From NCBI RefSeq assembly GCF_009914755.1, contig NC_060928.1: DNA of 64,000 nt, one strand, 5' to 3'. Made by a program: the position numbers and the translations under genes. Numbering within the stretch: position 1 is the first letter of the stretch; the number at the start of each line of letters is the position of its first letter. Positions 56,376 through 64,000 of this stretch are shown piece after piece. The notes beneath the pieces are model-generated. The model searched no databases, had not been told where the DNA came from, and was given only the letters and a program-made list of their open reading frames with translations. This DNA comes from the human T2T-CHM13v2.0 reference genome, Homo sapiens.

Positions 56376-59300
56376 AGCTTATTCCTGCTGGCTGTTGTGT
56401 TGCCCACCTGCATTGAGGCACAGCCGTATTTCCTTCCGGTGCTACCTGCTTTCCTAAATCCTTTAATGCAGTAAATACTCAAGGGCTTTCTTTCACTGGG
56501 AAATGCTGCTTTCGTTCTCTATTTCTGGACACTGACTTCCAAATGAGAAAACAATTGACTTTTAGCAATAATCAGATTGAATGTTGTCCCACACTAAAAA
56601 GACCCAAAAACAACAAACAAAAGGAGGACTCACCACTTGTATCACCACCGTCACATTTCACCCCTGAAATATAGGAGCATTTTCTCCAGAAGCAGGGTGC
56701 GGCAGGCATATTGGAAATGGCATACGTTTGTTCAGACAAACTTGTACTCTCATATCAAATGTGCTACTCAAATCCAAGAGGTTACTTTATCCTCAAAATA
56801 TTTTCTTTGGCTTCAAGAGTGAGGGTGCTGTGTTTTACTGCATGAAATCATTCACCAATCCACCTCCTTCCCATCTCCCAACATACCGCAGCCTTGTGGA
56901 AGACACCCATGGGGATCGGAACTGTGAAAGTGGTCAGTAAGTAAACAGTAAATGCTATTCATAAATCTCTAAGTCAAGCGTGAATCAAACTCACACAGAA
57001 CACCAGAAAATGAATTTTATTTTAAATCGAAACAGGGATCAGGAGATATAGCTTGGGATTTGGAGATGATTAAATGTAGGATTCAGTTAAGAGGTTTCAC
57101 CTCTCCAGAAAATATAAGGCAAACAGTCCCATGACTGACCTATAGATCTTTGCTGTATTTGGCATAATAAAATGACAGAGCTGATCGTGTGTTACTTTAA
57201 CAGGCCTTAGTACGACTTGACTGAAATGTTGAATTCGGAACACAAGCAAGTCAATTTTCGGTTCAGTAGCTATGATCGTTTATTTTGAATTTAAAATTAT
57301 TTTTGCATAAAATTGTTTGGTAGTTCTAATAAGTATTGCCTTTGAAACACCAGAATTGACAAGAACCTTGGGGTTTAGAATCCTTTTAATATGCTCCTAC
57401 AACTTTTCCTAATGGAATATGAATGTTGATTAAAAAACAGCATATCCCAACACATCTAGATATATTTTGAAATTGTATTTCTACCATTTATTTTATAATA
57501 GTGTAATCACCTTGATGCAGAAAATTGATGGTGGCCAAACAATTTATTGTGGGCAATCTGTTAAAAATATCTTGAAGGGTAAAATTAGAAAACAAAAGGA
57601 AACCTGATCTATGCTTATGTGAGCACAGAGAATTCTTGGTGCACATCGAGGAATGCTTAGTGCTAGCCTCTCTGTCTTGATCATTACTTCCTCATGTCTC
57701 CTCCTCCAGCTTCCTCTAAAGCTTCATTAGGGCAAACCTGTATAAATTTCTCCTGCCATCCTTCTTGTCTTGTACACCATTTTTATGGTTAAAGCCTCTA
57801 TTCTCCTACACTTTCAGGGACTGTATGTCTTTTCTAAATATCTATTTTTTGAATAAGAAATAGTATGTATCACTGAAATAACCCACATATAAAATTAAAT
57901 ATCTTTATGTTCCAATTAACAAGTGTTACATATCAGCATTATGCTTCTCATGTGCTAAGTAGAAAAAAGATCAAAACATATAGATCTCTAACAGCAGAGA
58001 CAGCATAAATAGCTGAGCTCTGGCTTGCAAAATAGTGCAGTGACAGCTGGTTTGGACTCATAAATGAGATGTTTGAAAAGGGCATGAATAGGGCAATAGA
58101 AAAAAATACTTTGCTTAGCAACACACCTGTTTTTCTTCTCGATATTGATTCTTGTGAGATGGACTTCTTCAATTAGAACTCCTTTTGCCTTTTTTGTCCC
58201 CACCATTGAGCTTTCCAACACGAAACTAAACACAACATCAAAGGAATGTTTGGTATAAAGCAAACAATTGAGAACACCTCTGCTAAATGTGTAATTCTTA
58301 TCTTGAGTAGACAAAGTAACAAAAAACACACATAGTGATTAGAGTGATATAGTTCATTTATTCTTAAAGTTAAATAGATTAAAAATATAAAATATGAAGC
58401 ATAGTTACATATGCTTTCATGAAAGAAAATTTATACCTAGTTTCCGTATGAAATTCATTGCATTTTCCTTTCCATATGCATCATTAGTGTTATGAGTTAG
58501 GTGAGAAAATTAACATACCAGCTTTGGAAGTCTTTTTTTGAGGGTTGAGAGCTAAACAGTTTGGTTTCAAGAGGTTTTAACTCCATTAAATCTCAGATTC
58601 TTGGAAGCGAAGGTCCCTTCCTTTGGTGTCTACTCAAGTTTGTTTGTTTTTAGATTTATCTTTTTTTTTTTTTTAAACATCTGAGGTAGGTAGCTACTGC
58701 TTCTCTGAATCTCAGAAAAATTGGCTGGCTAGACAAAATTTAGCCGGCAAACCTTATCCTAGGTAAGAGGAAGTGGATTTAGTAGTCAGATAAAAAGATT
58801 TTGAGGCAGTGGCCAGGAAGACAAGATCACAGTGACTTAAAATGTCAAAGTGGCATGTATCCTTGAAGTGGTGTGCTCAAGGAACATTAAAAACCCACAG
58901 TGTCTGGAAAGGAAGCTTTATTATTTATACTCCATTCTCCACTTGACAAGGAGATCCTTTATTTATCTGTAGGAGAAAAACTTCTGACAATGTTATACGT
59001 AATTAGCTTGATTATTTTCATATGCTTGAAAGTAAAAAATTACACATTACTGAAAGCAGAAGGAAATGAAGGATGTTTTGTTATGTGTTTTTAGCAGGAA
59101 TCTACGTATGGCATGACAATGGTAGTGCGAGGTATATTCCGTTCAAAAGCCAACATCTATCCTAGGCTTTTGGTGAGATCATATTAAACCTCAAGGATTG
59201 TTTTTCTGTTCATTTTTCTCCTCGATTGTTATGTGATCACTTATAACACCTTAAAAATTAAATTTCCAGGATGCACACAACAAGATTTTTAAAGCCATGC

Positions 59301-59429
59301 TTTCCAACCTTTGGGGATCCATATGTTTTCACAGTTATTGTTTTTGTGCCTTATATAGGGAATTTATTTAACAAGGCACAAGGCAATGTATCAGACACCC
59401 TTTTCATCAGGTGCGCACACAGGTCCTGT

Positions 59430-60200
59430 TACTTACCCTGAAGGGGCTTTTGGGTTAGTGGGAGAAACAGAAGTAAATAAGCAATTATGATTTTGTATGG
59501 TAAGTGATACAGTTGTGGAAAACATGGAGGATAGTGCTAATGTACAAAAGGCAGTGCAGAGGCCAGATGTAGTCTTCAGCACAGGATTCCTAGGGAATAA
59601 GATTATTTGCGTGAAAGACGAATCCAGGTATTCAGGCAAAGAACTAAAAGATAGTCCAAGTCACAAGAATAGTGCATAAAAGGGTTAGAAGTAAGAACTC
59701 CTCTGGGGAGCTGTAATTAGGTTCACTGTAGAGGAACAGAAGGAGCTAGCGAGGAAGGGAGGGAGATGGGATGGAAGCATAAGCAGGGGCCAGACCCAGA
59801 CAAGCCCTGAAGGGGCTTCTGAGAGTGGTAGGGCTCCACTTTTAAGTGGAGTGAGTAAATGACTTAGAGGTGGAAAGGTCTTAGATAGAGAAATCAAAGA
59901 CATTTCAAATGCCGATGTTCTAACTGAACTCCCTGTCCTATCCCCAAACCTACTATCACAGTCTTCCACTTCTCGCTTGATGGCCATTCCACCCTTTCAT
60001 TTGCCTGGTGTCATTTTTGACTCTTTCTTTCTCCCACAGCCTACATCCATATCAGGAGGTCTTGGCTCAGCCTTCAATATCGATTTCAGAATGCAGTGAC
60101 CCCAGTACTTTGCTTCACCATCTCTCGCCTGGATATTGCAAAGGGTTCCAACACCCTTCTGTCCCCATCACTTCCCCTCCAACAACTACCCCTCTGAACT
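59430..60200. mobile_element. Two adjacent L2 fragments of opposite orientation (minus ~59430-59880, plus ~59895-60200)
   Basis: Purine-rich antisense L2, then tccccaaacct..cagtcttccacttctcgcttgatggcc sense L2. Confidence 0.5.
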
Positions 60201-60508
60201 TGTTTTGCTCAACCCATCTCCATCTTTATTCCTTTTTTGTCTGATTATTCTGTAAGTTCCTGAGAGAGGTTTGTTAAAAACTAGCGCTATAATTAGGGAT
60301 CCACCTAGTTCTTTCTTTAGTTCTGTTTTGCCTTATAAATTTTGAGGACATGATATTAGGCACACATATATCTAGAATTGAAATATTTTCCGAGTATATT
60401 ACCGTGATGAAATGTCTCTTTTTATTTCTAGTGGGGCTTTCCACTTCAGTGTACCTTCTCTGTTACAATTATAGCTTCACTAGCTTCCTTCGGCTAGTGT
60501 TTGCATGG

Positions 60509-61150
60509 TGTACCAGTTTTCCAGTCAGGAAGACAAAAATCACATTAGATATTTTAAGCAGTAGATTTAATTAAAAAAATTGGTTACACAGGTTTGGAGA
60601 GGTGAAGGTAATGACAAAGGATTACTGAAGTAACCCAGAGATAATAACCATAGAAAACAGCAAATCTCCTTAGCCTGGGAGAAAAAAAGAAAAATGTTGT
60701 GGTAAAAGGAAGAGCCCTGTGGAATTGGTGCTAAGACCTTTAAAAAGAGGGTGCCATTCAACACAGAGATGTGGCCTGTGGAGCTGTTCTCAGATCTCGG
60801 AGGAGCCGTCTCTACCCAGTGGCTACTTGAACCACTGAGGGGCCATGATGAGGCTGGCTCTGGGAGAGGCAATGGAAAGCGATGGGTTTGGCCTGCCACA
60901 GCTGGGGCCAGCTAACAGTAACGACTGTTAACAGAAACAAGAATATAGTAAGCGAGTCCCTTTTTCCTTCCTCCGGCCTTCCAAATTATCTCTAGTGACC
61001 CTTATTGGAAAAACTAACAGGATTTCCACGGGCAGCCTGGAAATGTGTGTGCGGTGTCCTGGTCCTGGCATCCTAGCCCTGGCATCACAGAGCAGAATAT
61101 AGCAAGGAGTTTTTAGAACCGAGGGATGAGAGTTAAATAACAAGCAGATA
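60509..61150 (-). mobile_element. ERVL-class solo LTR (LTR33-like)
   Basis: Reverse complement of right end reads ..ctatattctgctctgtgatgccagggct..catttccaggctgcc..gttagtttttccaata, like the recalled LTR33 5' end. Confidence 0.65.
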
Positions 61151-61177
61151 TGACATGTGTTTTTCTCCCTTTACTTT

Positions 61178-61650
61178 TTTTTTTTTTCTGATCAAACATG
61201 CATTTTAGTATGTTTACTTTTCTTCTGTTTCTTGGTGGGAGTGTAAATTATTTCAACCATTGTGGAAGACAGTGTGGCAATTCCTCAAGGATCTAGAACC
61301 AGATATATCATTTGACCCAGCAATCCCATTACTGGGTATATACCCAAAGGATTATAAATCATTCTACTATAAAGACACATGCACATGTATGTTTATTGCA
61401 GCACTATTTACAATAGCAAAGACTTGGAACCAACCCAAATGCCCATCAATGATAGACTGGCATATATACACCATAGAATACTATGAAGCCATAAAAAAGG
61501 ATGAGTTCATGTCCTTTGCAGGTACATGGATGAAGCTGGAAACCATCATTCTCAGTAAACTAACATGAGAACAGAAAACCAAACACCACATGTTCTCACT
61601 CATAAGTGGGAGTTGAACAATGAGAACGCATGGACACAGGGAGGGGAACA
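61178..61650 (-). mobile_element. Rearranged L1PA7/8-like insertion: poly(A) on minus strand, 44-bp non-L1 piece, inverted L1 segment 61232-61650
   Basis: 14-bp TSD tctccctttacttt at 61164-61177 and 61651-61664; T-run to 61187. Confidence 0.88.
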
Positions 61651-62539
61651 TCTCCCTTTACTTTCAACTTATATTCTTATATTTTACTTTTAATATTTTC
61701 TTATATTCTATATTCTAAAAGTATATCTATATTCTATATTCGTGTATTTATATTCTACATTATTCTATTCCATAATTATATATTTTTATATTATTAAAGT
61801 ATCTATTTTAAGCAGTATATAGCTGCATTTAAAAAAATTAAGTCTGACAATTCTTTAAGTTAGAGAATTTATATTTCATCTGCATGATACATAATTACTA
61901 TTACATTAATTACTAACACATTTGAATTAAGACTTACCATCTTGTTATTTGCTTTTTATTTATTCTGGTTAGTTTCTTCATCTCTCTTTTATGACTTATT
62001 TTGAATTAACTATTTTAAAGAAATTGTTACATTTTTCTCCTTCAATTGGCTTGGAAGATTCACATCATTTAACTATTATTTTCATGGCTATTCTATTATT
62101 TATAACATGAGTATTTTACATATGAAAGTCTATTACATATAAAATTAGACTTTCCCTCTTCCCATAGGTTGAGCATCAAGCAGCCCCCATCTTGTCACTG
62201 GTTCTAAATTCCATTTTTTGTCCGCTAGTCCTCTTGTATCTACTGAGAGCTCTGTCCAGCTCTCAGACTGCCCAGCTCTTAGCCTCCCAGAAATCTCTTC
62301 CTAAGTAAGACATAGGCCCCCTAAGAGAAAAGTAGTCTCCTATGCCAGGTTAATTTTCTAACTGCCTTCTACTCTCAATATGTCTCTATAATTTTCCAAG
62401 GCTTTTTGACTCTCCAGTATCTTCTGATGATTTTTTTAAAAATTCTGCTCCTCTAGTTCTCAGCTGGAGGATTGCTCTGAATTAGTCGATTACAACAGAA
62501 TGTAGAACTTTTTAGAGTCTGTTCTCTCTAGAGAATAAT

Positions 62540-63110
62540 ACAAGTCAGATAATATCATTCCTCTGCTAAAAATCTTTCAATGGATCCTAAACTCATTTGG
62601 GGGACAAGCCAAAATTCTACTGGAGGTTTCACTCACCATTTTCTCTCTGACATCAGCTCCTCCTCGTCTCAGCACTTCTCTCAGCGGTGCTCATTTCCCT
62701 GTTGTTTCTGAAACTGAACTGACATGTCCGCACTCATATTCTTTGTGTTTGCCCTTCCTTTTGTCTAGGAGAGAATATTTTTTTTTCACTCATCTTTTTG
62801 GCTTGTCTCCTCCTCTTCTTCAAATAGCTCCTCAAATATTGTTTTCTCAGTGAGGTTTTATCTCATGATTCCAGTTAAAATTGAACTCTGTAGACACTAC
62901 CCATCCTTTTTCATTTACCTTTCTCCTTAGACATTATTACCTTCTAATAGATTCTACAACTCATTTATTATTATTACTTTTGATCTGTTTTCTTTCATTC
63001 TATGTTCCAAAATGACAGAGAATTTTAAAAAATTCATCACATATCCCCAGAATGTAGAATAGTGTCTGGTACATAGTAGGTGCTCAATAAATATTGCTGG
63101 AATAAAGAAA
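62540..63110 (+). mobile_element. L2 3' fragment
   Basis: tcagataatatcattcctctgctaaaaatc...gtctggtacatagtaggtgctcaataaatatt. Confidence 0.8.
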
Positions 63111-64000
63111 TGAGGAATGTAGTTACCAGTGGAACAAGAGTTCTAAATTTATATTTGACAGGTATTAAGTAAACAGAATTAGCTGTTCTATTGGTTAAAT
63201 GGCAATGATAACGTTGGAGGAATCCAGGATGATAATCACATTTCTGTCCCAGGGACACTTTCTATTCCTCTGAATGGACACACTCATTTACTAAAAGACA
63301 TTTGCTACCTTATTTCTTCGATGACTCCATTTCGGGTTGATGTCTCATCTCAGCACCCTGAACGCCATAATTACGTTAATGATGCTCTCCTAGTCAATGA
63401 TGTCAAAGGCCAAAACATATCTTGAGGGCTATGTTCCCTGTATCTACTGAATTCAGGTAGAATTTCCTAAGTGCCAATTAATTGAAAGAAATAAGTGCCA
63501 CTAATGTTGAAAGGAGAGAGGGATTCCAGTGGCTCGAGTGTCTGATAAAGTCTGTAGAAAAAGAAAGTGATCTTTCATATGCTCTCTAACATTTGGATAC
63601 GATTTGACTATTTGAAAAGATTAGGCTTTCAGCTCAGACAGGGCATGAGAAAGAGCATAAATGTGAAGGTAGAGATGGGATAATGGAATGGATTTTGGAA
63701 GAATGTAGAACAGTTGGAATGGGCATGCAGGATGAGCATGTATATAGAAGCAAATATCTTTAAATTGCTTTTGAGAAAGATGAGTATCTTTCGTTTGAAA
63801 ATGACATAATTTACAATTATTCAGAATTTTTATTTAAAAGAGGAATGGAGATGAAGCTGGAGAATATATGATGGAGAAACACAGGTTAATTCAGCCCATT
63901 TTAATAACCAGGCATTTTGGAAAAATATATGTTATTTGATAAAATGTTATTTATTTAATAGATTCAGCCAGCATCGTACTCTTCACATTAGATTAGTGTG

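Larger units (their letters stand above)
60240..62140 (-). mobile_element. Old L1M (L1ME-like) fragment interrupted by an LTR and a younger L1
   Basis: tagcttccttcggctagtgtttgcatgg (60481-60508) continues as cctttactttcaactt..gcagtatatagctg..gtctgacaat. Confidence 0.6.

Noticed and set aside
57988-58329. 113-aa minus-strand ORF in unique DNA
   Set aside because: Non-ATG start, no domain or splice support; length compatible with chance

Overview
Eukaryotic, AT-rich primate genomic DNA, most likely human or another hominoid (AluJ/S/Y, a full-length L1PA3-type LINE-1 and a MER11 LTR are present). It reads as intronic or intergenic sequence dominated by retroelements. There are 7 Alus, one full-length but inactivated L1 (33144-39154), five or more truncated or rearranged L1s, solo LTRs (MLT2A1-, MER11-, LTR26-, LTR33- and MLT1-like), hAT MITEs (MER1B, MER5A), many old L2/MIR relics and several microsatellites. 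The only recognisable protein-coding remnants are L1 ORF1/ORF2 and a decayed L2 endonuclease motif. I cannot support a cellular gene, RNA gene, CRISPR array or new biological system. The most unusual signals are rearrangement structures: (1) a 0.5-kb L1 insertion whose L1 part is entirely inverted and whose polyadenylated end is non-L1, probably twin priming plus 3' transduction; (2) a 30-bp inverted-repeat hairpin split by an Alu; (3) a micro-mosaic of direct and inverted copies near 29.6-30.0 kb; (4) several tandem duplications with templated junctions. Repeat family names come from recalled consensus sequences, not a database search. Boundaries of old elements are approximate.
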